A stretch of 64,000 nucleotides of DNA from Lingula anatina (Eukaryota; Animalia; Brachiopoda): assembly GCA_051362555.1 (NCBI GenBank), contig CM120640.1, positions 59,932,788 to 59,996,787 of the forward strand, written 5' to 3'. The position numbers and the translations under genes are program-made. Under the pieces are notes generated by a model. That model had not been told where the DNA came from, did no database searches, and was given only the letters and a program-made list of their open reading frames with translations. The stretch's first letter is position 1. Each line of letters begins with the position of its first letter. This document shows, in pieces, positions 13,219-26,800 of the stretch.

Positions 13219-13621
13219 ATGTCAAAAAGTAAATTGTCAACCACCAAGTCCAGTGTAGATATAACTACCCAATCCACATCTTGCTCGCCCAGTGCAGAGG
13301 ATGACAGCTTCAGTGACACTGACATCACTGTCAGAAATGAAGCTAGAGAAGACATTTTCTCAGAAGAGTTTGAGCAACAGGTGCCCTCCTTTGTTTTTAA
13401 TTTTTTTCTTTGAAATAATAATAGTTAACATGACTTACAAATGTATTTTTGGAGATTTCAAGGAGATTAAAGCATTCCAAGCCAGGATCTTCCAGCAAAA
13501 ACTCATACATATATTTATCTCTCAAAATACGTGTTTAAAGATTAAATTTTTTTAAAATAAGTTCAACGAGAAGCAATGCATGCACTTAGAATGCATTCAA
13601 AACCCTGGCTTGGATTGCTTT

Positions 13622-13665
<44 letters not shown>

Positions 13666-15065
13666 ATGATAGTTTGAACACTCATAGGCTCAGAAATGAC
13701 AGGAAATGAAATTCTCAGTGCTAAGGTTCCCTGGCCCAAAGTAAAAAAGTTAACATTGTTTTTGCTATCTGTATCTGTCTTAAACATTTATTTTTCCAAA
13801 GGGAATTGCAGTATACCAGTGAACCTCTCGACTAATAATAACATGATAGTTTTGTAGTAATAAACATTTGGATTTAACCAGATTTTGGAATTGGATGAAC
13901 ATGTAGTGAATCTTTGGACTTTTGGTACACACCTTGTGCTTATGAATGAAGCATAGAATGGCTTCTACATATTTATATTAATTATGTTTCTACTATTATA
14001 TTTCAAATCTTTGTGTATAAGGACGTATGTCAGTTTACTTATGCACCTTTAAAATTTTCTCCAGAAATATAACTTTTTTTCATCAGATATACTTAAGCAT
14101 TGTTTGGAATGCTGGAAAACTAGGTGTGGCCTATTATGATGTAGACACTACACAGATCTATCTCATGTTGGACTGCAGAGAAACTGATGACTTTCAGATC
14201 CTAAATAAAGGTAGTAAAAGGGTTATGGGGTGTGTGTCTTGGGAGAGAGAGTGTCTTGAAATGTTTAGAAAGCTATGACATTTGTACTTCAAAATGTGTT
14301 TGACATTAAGATATTACAAGGCATAAAGGTAAGAGAGAGAAAATGCACAACATGTTGTTTGCAGACATATCTTTTTAACAGAACTGTTGTGAGAGAATAA
14401 TCATTAATACCCTCTAGGACATTTAAACCACCCAAAAACTGCTTACCCTGAAATACAAATTATACAAAAATTATACCATTTAAATAATGAAACAAAATTA
14501 TCAATAGATTTGAAAATAAGAGTTGATAGCAAAAACAATTTAAAAGAATTGGTATAAAAGATAATGTTGTGTATTAGTGATAATGGTATAAGGTGGTTGA
14601 TGATCTTTATTTTCAGTTCTTTCACAAGTGTTACCAACTTGTATTATCACTAGCTCCAAACAAGATGACAGACTGTTGAAAGTTTTGCAGGAAAAATATC
14701 AAGGTAAAAAGGATCATGTTTAATTTTAGAAGTTAAAAGATATCAAATTAATGTGATTCAACATATTTTGATTACCTAAAAATGTTTAAATGAAGTTGGC
14801 ATGTTTAAAAGGTCTCTTGCTGTGAAACAGATCTCCCTAAGTATTTAATTTTAATTTCAGAGAAAGGTGTGATTTTGTATGCATGCTTATTGCAGTGTAG
14901 GTGGATTGCATTAATTCTCACCATATGTATGGGCTGTACAGGTATTTCCTCACCTGTAATGGCACTGTAGTTAACCATTGTCCTAAATTTAATTTAATGT
15001 ATATGGAAATGTACACGAGGGCTGTTAAAGGCTAGACTATTTGGACAATTATTATAGATGGTGAT

Positions 15066-15134
<69 letters not shown>

Positions 15135-18100
15135 ACGCTACTGGGTAACAGCAGGGGGTGATCATCTTTGAAAGTCTGTCAAAATATTCCTATGTGTTGG
15201 ATTACAATGGGGGTGCTTTCATGTTAAAGGGGGTGGATTTGTCTTATTAAAACAGACAATTTTACGTTTCCAAACATTGCTGTGTATTTTAAACTTTTTA
15301 GCCAAAAATGACACTAAAACAGTGCTTAAATCTGGCACAAAGTCATATACCAGTCCGTTTTCCAGCTGTATATTATAGAAAAAAAAGCTCTCAGAAAATT
15401 ATTGTCATATATATATTATAATAGTATTAATAATATTATTCATTAAAAAGAATTAAATATTTCATACATGTAGAAGATTTTGAAGCAACAGCTTATTTTT
15501 TTTCTTTGTAATACATTTTTAGGCGAAGATAATGATGAGAAAGATAGTAATGTCTTACAGTTCCTTCCAAGTGCTGACTTTAGTGAGTGTAAAATTGTCA
15601 AATTATGAATATAATGACCTAAAAAAAATTAGACCAGATAAATGTTTTCACCTTGACACTTTATCAGTCAAGTCAAATCAATTTGTCATTTTTATTGATG
15701 TGTTGTTAGTTTTGTTCTATAACAACTAATTGCTTGAATCGTGGAAAGATTGTCATTGGAAATATTTCAAACAAAAACACCATGTCATTGTAGCTCTTGA
15801 AGTGTGCAAGAGACGTCTGCTTACAGTAAACCTCCCAGGAATACCAGACCATTTTGATGAGTCTCAGAAGACACTATATCTCTCCTCTCTCGTGCCAATG
15901 GACTGCACTAATATGGTAAAGGGATAGGATATAAAAGATTACAGACACCGAAGTTAGCTAGTGATGGTCATCGTTTTTTTTTCTCTTAATGGGTATAGAA
16001 AAAGGGAGGCATAATATTTATCTTTTTTATGAGACAAGTTGGAATTTGGGGATTGATTGCAGTATTTAATTTCCTCTGTAGAAAATTTATTTCATTGGTT
16101 ATATGCAGTTGAAAGTTAGGAAACAGTGTTGTAAACATAAAGTTAAAAAGCTATGGAGTGTTTTAGAAAAGAAGACAGCTTTAGGTTTTGTGGTATTTGA
16201 TGGCTACTTATGGGGGATGTGGTTTGGTGATTGCAGACAGACAGCCCAGCCTCCAAATTGTACTGTTAAAGATATATGATAATGAATTTTTGCTGTTATT
16301 ATTCTTTATTCTTTGTTAATTTTCCAATTAATGAGATAGTAAGTGCATCATAAATTAATTAGTACAATGTGTTCTATTAACCATATTCCAGTTAAGTTAA
16401 TTCTGTATGTAGGTTTGACTTTTATCAACCTGAAGATATATATTTATATATATGTTAAAAGCATTTAACTTTCATATTTTACATAAGGATAGTTCTTTTC
16501 CACGTGTCTCTATGTGAACAGTGTTATAAAAGTTAAAAAGAATTTGATAACAGTTAATTAGCTAATAACCTGAATAACAAGCAAGATTGAAATGAAATGG
16601 GGATGTAGGAGTAGGCTTTACAATTACGTAGTACCCACATCATATCAAAGAGTCTCCAGCCACATCAGGTTGCATGGGTAACCACAATTGATGTTGTGGC
16701 TGTCACGGGGTTGATAAACCCAGTGTGATGTTTGTGGTAATATGGGACCTGGAAAACTGTCACATTTGGGTGTCATTGACGTATGTATGTGTAGATGCTG
16801 CTATAGTTTGATATGAATTATAAAAAAGGATTTCATTCTTTGCAGCACAAAAACACATTGCATTCACTAAGCAGCATAACTGGGAGGTCTAACAATAACT
16901 AATATATATAACCATATGTCTTGAAATAGAATGGATATGGAGAGAATAATATACCCAGTAACTGAATTAATTGTTAGACTGATCATGCCCTTTTTTGAAA
17001 AAATTGGTTATAAATTTCACTATACTAATACAAAACTGTAACTTTAAAATATTCTGTAATGACTAGTCCACATTTGTAAATCAAGGTTCGTGCCACAGGA
17101 GCACTGCTGAAGTATCTAGAGAAGTGCCGTGTAGGTGTAGAGCTGGAGGGAGCTGATGTCAGAGTGCCAGTGCTGGCTTTGAAAACGTTTTCTCTGTAAG
17201 TAGATCATTCTCCTTTGTTTGTCAAAAATCGATGGAGGAATTTTAATTGAACTAAAAGGTTGTTGTTTCACAAGAATTATTATGATCTTGTTCATATTTT
17301 AGGTCATTGAATCATAAATATGGATTTTAAGTTTTTAAAAAGCAGGAGTTAGGTGTTATCAAAGGAGCTAGTTAATGATGTTTTTTTACTTTAAATTTAA
17401 TAAATGAATGCTTAAACATTCCTCCTGTTAATATGTGCAACATTTATAATTCTTAAGAATCAACATTCATAATACTTGAGAATCGTAAATAAATACATTA
17501 AGTTCTAGGTAAAGTTAATGTTTTCTTACACTTCATTTTGTTCAATTTATGTGTCTTGGCTCAGCCATAATTTCTTAGAAGGAGGCCATCAATTATCACT
17601 GTGATAAATGATGTGTAGGCGGCTGTCCAAGAAAGAGACCAGTGCAAAATTAAAAGTCAGTGCCACAAAAGATGAGATTAGCAGGGTTTTATTTTGATGT
17701 GCTGAGTGCCATAATAATAGGGTTAAATCTCCCAGTGATGGGTTTACCTGGCTTGGATCACTTAGTGGGCCTTGGACTGAGCTATCTATTACCTTAATCT
17801 ATGACAACGACTCAGCTGTCATGCAGAAAGGTCATGCACATGTAAAGCGACCATTCACTGTTGAATATAAGACATAGTAATGTTTATCTCTAATATAATA
17901 TAAGAGTTTCTATCACAAATAATGTCTCAGATAGTTGCCAGAGATAAATTAGACAAGAAGATTAAGTTAGATATATTTGGCCTTTCTGTACGTACTTCTG
18001 ACATTTCAAACATAAAAAAACAGTAAGCTATTTTCTTACAAGTTGTTTGTCTCACTGTGATATTATCTTTCATGGTGGAAAGCAGCTAATATCTAAATGA

Positions 18101-18359
18101 CACCTCTGCAAAAAGTGATCTTTTGATGAAGTTCTAGATTTTAAACTAGATTTCTTTTAGCCTTCATAATTGGTTTCAGCTATGGGTCTGATGTAGATGA
18201 TATACAGACAAAATATTAAATATATAATATGAGAAAAAAAAGGCTGCTTCTTACTAAAGTAATCAAGCCATTTTTATTTTAGCTAGGTCACTCACCTAAG
18301 GAGAGGTCCATCTGTCAGTAAAATCAAGAATGTATAATGCATTCTTGGCAAACTTAATC

Positions 18360-18390
<31 letters not shown>

Positions 18391-21300
18391 TTTGGGGGGG
18401 GGGGTAAATTAGTCTAATGCCTTTCCTTCCTTCATCTAAGACCCCACTACTTAAGATCGACCTAACTCCCTGGGGGGTTCACGCTATATAGCTGTCAGCC
18501 GAGCGGACACGAAAGTTAATTACCCCCTTACAGCTTGTAGTAGGCGGGACGGACATTTAAGCCGGATTATCTGACAGTAATCTAGTGAGACTCCCCGTGG
18601 GGATAGATCGATCTAAAAGCTCTGGGAATACAGCCTAAGTTACACTGTAGATCATGTATTTGACTAAAAACTTGAAAATATGAATTATTCAAAAAATTTT
18701 TACGTAGGTAATGGAAACTGTAGACAATCATGGTCAGTAACTGTGTGAGGCTAATAACTTGAAGTTTTAATGGCACTTTACAACTGTAGCAAATTCTTCA
18801 TAATTAATCTGTGCCAAGTCATGTTATCAGTCCAAACAGTGTTTGATCATGTGTTTAATTGCTTAATTACTATACAGTGAAGGCCCACATAGGTCTCCAT
18901 TGTCTGCCAGCCACCCAGGTTGACATGTTCAGCACTAGCAGCAGAGTGGAAAACTTAACTGTGGTAACTGGAACTGATTACTGAACATATGTTAGGCTAG
19001 AGAATTACCTGTGAACTTCATTTGATGTGGGTCCTTTCATGTCCCAAATTAAGCCAGCGACAAGGGTATCATTGTACCTTATCCTGGCTGGTGCAGGAAG
19101 TGCTCACCTGGGCAGCAGGAGCACCTGTTTGATTAGGGGCTATATAGATATAATCTTTTTTCATTATTTGTCCTTGTCACTAAACAAGGCTGTTGACAAT
19201 AAAAGCAATAATTGCTTTCATGTCCAATAATGAGTAAAGAATTATTAAGAAATTGAATGGCATCACACTGCATTTGAACTCTGCACTTTGATGATACATC
19301 TTGTTATATTCAATAAAAAATACCTATCTTTCTATCTATCTATTTTATCTATTTTCATTTTTAGAGATGACATGATGATTATTGATGACAATACATACTG
19401 GTAAGTATAAACTTGACTGATAGAAATAACCTATAACCAGACATGAGCTTTTTCCGCGGAAACGTGGAATTCCACATTTTTTTATTCAATTCTGATGGTT
19501 CCTGAGAATCGTCTTGTCTGAGATACGATAAATGTTCAGAGTTTTTTTTAAACCTAGGCTCATGTCTGTATAACTATTTATTACTTTTTTTAAGTGCATT
19601 TCTGAAATTTATCATATAAACCCTATAAATTGTGAATTCATTTTTGCAAAATAAAGCTTATAAGCCATTGTTCATTTTCATCAAAGATCATACATTTTAA
19701 TATCTTACATATCTTTAGTTTTGATATGAATTTTTTCAGTGATTGAGATTTTCTGTTTTATTTGCTCCATCTGGCTGTGTTGATAAAGACTTCAACAATA
19801 TTGAAATCTTCCAAGTCACAGTTGTGGTGATTTGCTCAAGTGGGGTGAACCATTTACAAATTGGTTCAGTCAGACAAATTGATAACAGGGTAGATTAACA
19901 GGCCCTATCACCACCACTTAAAGCTCTTCTTATGACAGTTACTATATTATATTCAAATATGACCAAAACATACATATACCTATATTTATATATGTGTAAG
20001 ACTAAATTGGCTATGGTAGATGGCATTGCAGATTATTCACCCAGATAATTCACCCATGAGATATCACTTTGTGCTTGTTGACAAAAGACATTAAATGATG
20101 CTTTTTAGTTAACGTTTGATAATGCATTTTAAGCTCATGACATTAAATAGTGCTTTTTAATCTGACGACATTAAATATTACTTTTTAGTTTTTTCTAAAT
20201 GTAATTGTGTGCAAGTGAACACAAGAGAAAAGATATTTGTTCTTCTCTTAGTGCACTGCAGATTTTCCAAAAGGAACTCCATCCTTCTGTGTATAAATCT
20301 GGCAGTTGGAACAGTGCCAAGGAGGGCCTAAGTCTGTTTGGTAACACCATTAAATAAACTACTGAAGACTTACAGCAATTTTTTCCTTCAGGATTAATTT
20401 CATCCTGCTGCCTTGTTGGTTTAAATTATACCAGAAACAAATTCTTTTGTAGGGATTTTTTACAAGTAATAAAAGTCATATTAATTTAAAGGATATTAAG
20501 ATATCCTCAAAATGTTGATTGAATTCAAAGTTGCCAACATGACATAAAATGATCATTATAATTACTCAGTACAGAATCGTTAAGAATTGATTCTACTTTT
20601 CAATTCCATTTACATAACAATATAAATGTACCATTTTCTTGTAGGAATTGTAAACAAATGTAAATCAAGAATTGGTTCCATGATGCTAAGGTAAATACTT
20701 TTTACTTACTTCAGATATTTATTTTTTAAAATTTAATATGATACCAGTGTATAATTTAAATTTTTAACAAAATTTCAGCATGAAATAGAATATCTGTTCA
20801 TGAATTAACTATTTTGTTAAATTTATTAAAATATTCATTTTTTAGGCTTTGGTTTCTGAGGCCTCTTAAAGATATTAACACTCTAAGGCAGAGACAAGAT
20901 GCTGTTGCCTTTTTCTTCAATCCCAGAAACATTGAGATAAATAACTCACTGCAAGATTGCCTAAAACACATCAATAATACTCCTGTAAGAGATTCCAAAA
21001 TATCTTTACTTTGTACATTTTATATGTGAAGATGCAATTGAAAATATTTATTTATTATTTTTGGTGAATGAATCTGTGCAAGGTAAAGACAATCCAGTTA
21101 TATATGGTATCTGTTTTGTAATTATGAAATTATAATGATAACCAGTGTCATTTTATGTGTGTGTGTGAGTGTGTGTGTGTGCACTTATGTGTACCTATAG
21201 ATGTATATATGCATGTTTGTCATCAAGCGTACATTTGATTATAATCAGTGGAATCTACATGTTTTCAGAAAATTCTCAATCGAATGAAACAAGCTCAAGC

Positions 21301-23808
21301 TTCAATAGGGGATTGGCAAGCATTGTACAAAGTAAGAACTCGCATCAGCATGGCCACCTGTATATTGAGCACACACATAACACACTTTGAAATTATGATT
21401 TGAAGAAAAGACTCCTAGTATTCATCAACACTTATTCTGTGCACTATTTGTTAAGTATAAAGTTTTTTTTTAAGACTATGAATAAGGTGTTATGATTACA
21501 GGGTGGTTCATAAAAAACAGCCTATTTTGTTTTCCCTCTAAAAACAGCGTTAAGGAGGAAACGGGGAGTCAATATAGACACTGTAATCTTTCAACAGGAT
21601 AGCGCACCACCACATTGTTCAACCTGAATGTTGGAATACCTTCGCATATATTTCCCTAGGGACAGACTCGTCTCATACACACTGACTTTCCTTGGCCACC
21701 CTACCTGCCAGATCTCAATCCCCCAGATTTCTTCCTTTGGGGATACCTTGAGGAAACAATTTATGCTAACAATCCACAAAAACTAGATGCTTTGAGGACC
21801 AGCATACATTTAGGGAGTTAAGGAACATTCCGACTGTCATGACTGTAAGATTTTTATTGCCAATTTCAAAGATCATGTGGCTGCTGTTATTCAGCACTGA
21901 GGACCATGGATAGTTCACATCAGTTATTGAAATTTTACTGACTTAAAGGTTTCCAGTTTCTGCAGAATTAGCGAGGATGAAATGGTCTTCCTTATGGAAC
22001 AATTTGGTTAAAGAAAGTTGGAAATATCTTAATTATAGCAAAATTGAGATGGAAAGTAAAATAGGTCATTTTTTATGGACCACCCTGTATTACATTTTAA
22101 AAATCAGCATAGACCTTATATCATATGAATACAGACAATAACTTGAAATTGAAAAAATGTCTTTTCAGACAATTTACAATGCGATTCACATAGGTGATAT
22201 CTGCCGTGCACAGGCTGACAAAATTGACATCTTTGAGAAGGTAAGCTATACGGTGGTTTGATTAGACAGTATCTAACAGAAATATGTTCAGAGTCCACAG
22301 GAGACCAAGTAGTTCCAGCAATATTCACTGCTTTTTTTTTTTTTTTTCAGCTGAGCCACAGTGTTTAAAAGACTATTTTTTCTGATTGAACAATATTGAA
22401 CACAAGTTTTACACAGGCAGAACTTATAGTATATTTTACAGGGATTTTATTTCTTTTCAGATAAGTACAGCATTCACAGAAGACTTGCACAGGATAGCAA
22501 TTTTGATCAGTAAAATAGTAAGTATATCAGTTAGAATGCATGTAATGTTGTAAAAAGATCTAAAGAATATGAATGATGTTGAACGAATAAAATTTTTTCT
22601 TATTTTGTCATTTAGTGTTTTGTGGTTTTATAGGTTGATTTTGATGAATCATTCGCCCAGAATAGGTTTGTGGTCAAGCCAAATGTGGATCCAACACTGG
22701 ATGAAAGTAAGCTAGTTTAATGCTGTCATGGAATCAGATATAAATTAGTGAAGGTAGAGCCTCTAAATTTCAGAGGTAGAATTTTTCTGTATATTTTACA
22801 CTTCTTGCTTGTATCTTCATTTGTTTATTTGGAAAGCATGGCTCTTGTGTCAAAATAACAATCTGGTTCAGTGCTTTTTAAGTGAATAAACATTCAGGTG
22901 CCAGGTTCATGATATATTACTCTGTATCTAAATGTCATTAAAATGAAAAGAAAAAAACATATATTTGACACCATTAAAAATTGGAAAAATTTTAATATAT
23001 TTGTTTCTCAAATCTAAATGAAAATTTAGTAATTCAATTTCACTTTTTTTCTGATTACTCTTTGTGTGATGTTTTAGAAAAGAAAACCTATAATGGTCTG
23101 CCTGATTTCATGACGACAGTTGCTCAAGAGGAGCTGAGTAAACTGAGTGAGGACATTTTGGAATGTAATGTCATTTATCTGCCACAGGTAAACCATGGTT
23201 TATCTGCAAAGACTTGTCAAATTCAGCCTTTCACTGTCACTAATTTCAGTGATGTTAGCCACTTGTTTAATATATAGGCATTTTTCCCATTCTAACAGAA
23301 ATTGTTCTGGCATTTTTCAAGTATTTCTTTGTCTCTTCCATACCTTACTTTGAAGCAGACTCTTTTTACTATCATCAAAGCACAATTGTTAAAATGACAT
23401 TTTACAAAAATATTTTGAGGCACTGAATATATGATTTTGTTGAGAAATACAATTTATAAACTATCCTTGAAATCCAGACTCAAGAATGCCATACAGATAT
23501 ATATTTTTACAAGACTTTTTTTCTTCACTACTGTACTTTAGCTAAGTGGAACAGTTGCACATATGCCATCTTATGGAGAAAGGCATTTTTTGAGCAGGGC
23601 CAGTGAATTCATTACTAAAAATGAAAAAAAAAACAAAACAAAAACAGCACACAATGTTTTATCTAAAAAGAAAACCAGTAGATTTTAAACAATGACATGC
23701 TGTGAACTCAGTCCTTTTAACAGTGTGCCATCATAATTTCTTTTTGCTTAACTTGATTTTAACTAAAAAAAAAGGATTAGGTGAAAACACTGATTTTCTT
23801 CAATTGAA

Positions 23809-23854
<46 letters not shown>

Positions 23855-26800
23855 TTATCTATCTTCATTGCATTTAAAAAAAAAACTAAAAATCTTGCTT
23901 GTTGTCATATTGTTATCTGCATTTTAGCTTGGTTATCTACTTGCCATCCCAAAGAGTAAGTTTTTAGAGGAGAAAGAATACCAAGTACCAGGACTGGATT
24001 TCATGGTAAGAGCTGTCATCATCACACCTGACATTTTTGTTTTGTGATCCAAATATTTTTTTTTTTCAGTTTGAATAGTATTTATTTTCTGTGTATTTTA
24101 GATTGCCAGTCATTTGCATTTGTTTTATATCCTTTCAAACAGTGATACAAATGGATAGGTCAGTTTTGTATGCTAAGATGCTGTATGAGTGAAAACTCCC
24201 ACTCAATCATGTGTTACCTCTTACTCACACTTTGATGAATATTACTTGCATTTCTTCCTGGTTCTGGCTCATAGACTGCACAATATGCCTTTAAGCATGC
24301 ACAGTTAGGTCCTATTTCATCTATGATCCTCTCTTTTATCTCTCTTTCTGATGTAATTTTTTTTCTATTTTCTTAAAGGGACAGTTTATACAATTTTAGT
24401 TGAGATGAATCTTTATATGTTCCTGTTAAGTTGCTTGTAATTTTGCCTCAAAGGCATTTTATATCCTTTCTAGACAAATCCTACTTAAACTTAGCATTTG
24501 TCTGATTTGTACATGATGTGAAATACAAAGAATACATACTGTATAAAGAAATGGACTTAAATGTCTGTATGATTATGTTCTTTTTAGTTTGAAACTTGAC
24601 ATCGTGAGAAAATTATCCCCGATGCCAGCTAGGAAAGTTCAATCTTTTATTCTTCTCAAAAAAACCCTGTGAATGGTTCGTTTAATTGAATAGAAACTTG
24701 ATTTATTAGCTGGGCATGAACAGGGTCTGTATGAGGCCTGGCTGGTTGCTATGAACAGCTTTGTCCAATTTTGCATAAAAATTCATTTTTTCCTATTTGT
24801 AAATATGTTGGTATTTTCTTGATGTTCAAGGAGAAAATTTTGTTTTGATCATTAAGTTACTGAATTCAGTTAGAGAATGTTGAAAATATCAAGATAGTTT
24901 AGTTTGTTGACTATGGACTATAACCCCATAGTCCATTTAATTGCATGGCATTTGATAAACCTGATGCTTCACATTTGGATAAAATAAGTACATCGGTTTT
25001 AAACTCATTTTCTCTTCTATGTCACTGTGAGAGGTTTTAAAATCAGAATAAAATGTTGTGACATATTTCATGCCAACTGAAAGTGAAGTACATCTTGCCT
25101 TCACACAGCTTAGAGTTTTTATGTTTCCCCCAGTGCAGTGCTCTGTATTGTGATTTATATTGCATTGCTAAGATTTTGTTGTTCTAAGTTTCCTTTAGTG
25201 CAGTACAGTATATTGTGATATACGTTAAGCTACTAAAAATAGGAACCCCATTTATTCCATATCTCTGTTAAGGCAGCCCACTTGTTATGAATCATTGGCA
25301 TTAGCAGCAAATGTTCCACATAACTGATTTATATAACAGTTGTTTACTATGATACAAATCTTAATCTCCTAAAAAAACAAAACTTCCTGGTTTTCTGGTG
25401 CATTCTCTTAGGAATTATAGTTAACAAATATCATGAAATTATGTTTATGAATAATATGAAGGTTTAACATTTTCAGTTTTTCTCAAATGATACAAGCTAT
25501 TTCAAGAGTGCTAGAACAAGAGGTATGTTTGGAAATTTTTAATTTAAATTAATCAATGAAATTTGTTACCTAGAGTAAAGGAGGTCAGTGCACCCATCAT
25601 GAAATGTGAAGAATTTCATGTACATGACATCTTTTCAGTAAGATATTAAATTATATAATTGGTTTTATGAATTCAGAACTGGACCATCTACTTGGTGACA
25701 CGCAGTGTGATATTACTGGTGAGAAAAAAGCTTCTCTAGCACATCAATCTCTGTCAGATCTTAGCTGTCCTTCTCTAACACAGCTACAGACCCATTTTGT
25801 AATATCCTATATAATTATCTACTACATGACTTTCCTATATATAAATATTTGATAAAATAAAAATGTATTCTGCCTTTCTGATAATTCTGCCTGTATTTAA
25901 AGAGGACTCAAACATGCGTCACGAGAATTAAACATTTACTATTAGGTTAATCATGAAAGTACAGTTGTATAGCACAGAAACTGTCTTCTTTGAAAGTTCT
26001 GTACGTCTAAGTTTTAAAATAAAAGTCTGCTTCCTCATGTCTTCAGCAAATGCCCTCCTTGTTTCATTTAGTATTTCTATTTTCAGATCATGAAACTAGC
26101 ATCATGCACAGACTACAGAACACCATCCTAGAGCACTGCAAGGTGCTGCTGGATATCATGGACTTGACTTCTCATCTAGACTGGTTTGTTGACTAGATAA
26201 GCAGGATTGCTAACATTTCATCCCCCAAAATTCATAAATCAGTTATTTTTTATGTTATAAATAATGGAATTAAACATGAAAACAAAAAGCATACTAAAGA
26301 ATTAATGAAATGTGCATAAAATTGCATAAAATTAGTATTCCTTGACCAGCTACAAATCTTGTGTAATCATGCAGACAATGGAATCAGTCAGGGGTGGAGA
26401 AGTTTCTCTGGCCATTGCCCACAGTCAGATATGTAACATATGTTTGTCTCTTGTTTTGTAAATACAGTATATTCTATGTTCAATATTTCAGTTTGCTAGC
26501 ACTAGCTTCATGTGCCAGAGAATATAATTATGTCCGTCCTGAGCTGACCACTGAAAATATCATTGTGATTCAAAGTGGCAGGTAGACAAAGCATATTACA
26601 CAGAAATAATCAAAGTTAACCTTTACAATGCAGATAAAATTTATAGTAATTAAAAAAAAATTTAATTTTGTTGAAACTTTAAAGTAGAATGACAGATGCT
26701 GCTTCTGTGGGTAGTTGTGTTCATTAGCTTTGTGTCTGTTAGCTACTGAGAATTTATATTTTCTGTCCAGGCATCCTCTTCAAGAACTGTGTTGCAGCCC

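Noticed and set aside
23702-23959. Poly-isoleucine ORF
   Set aside because: Translation of an (ATT)n microsatellite.
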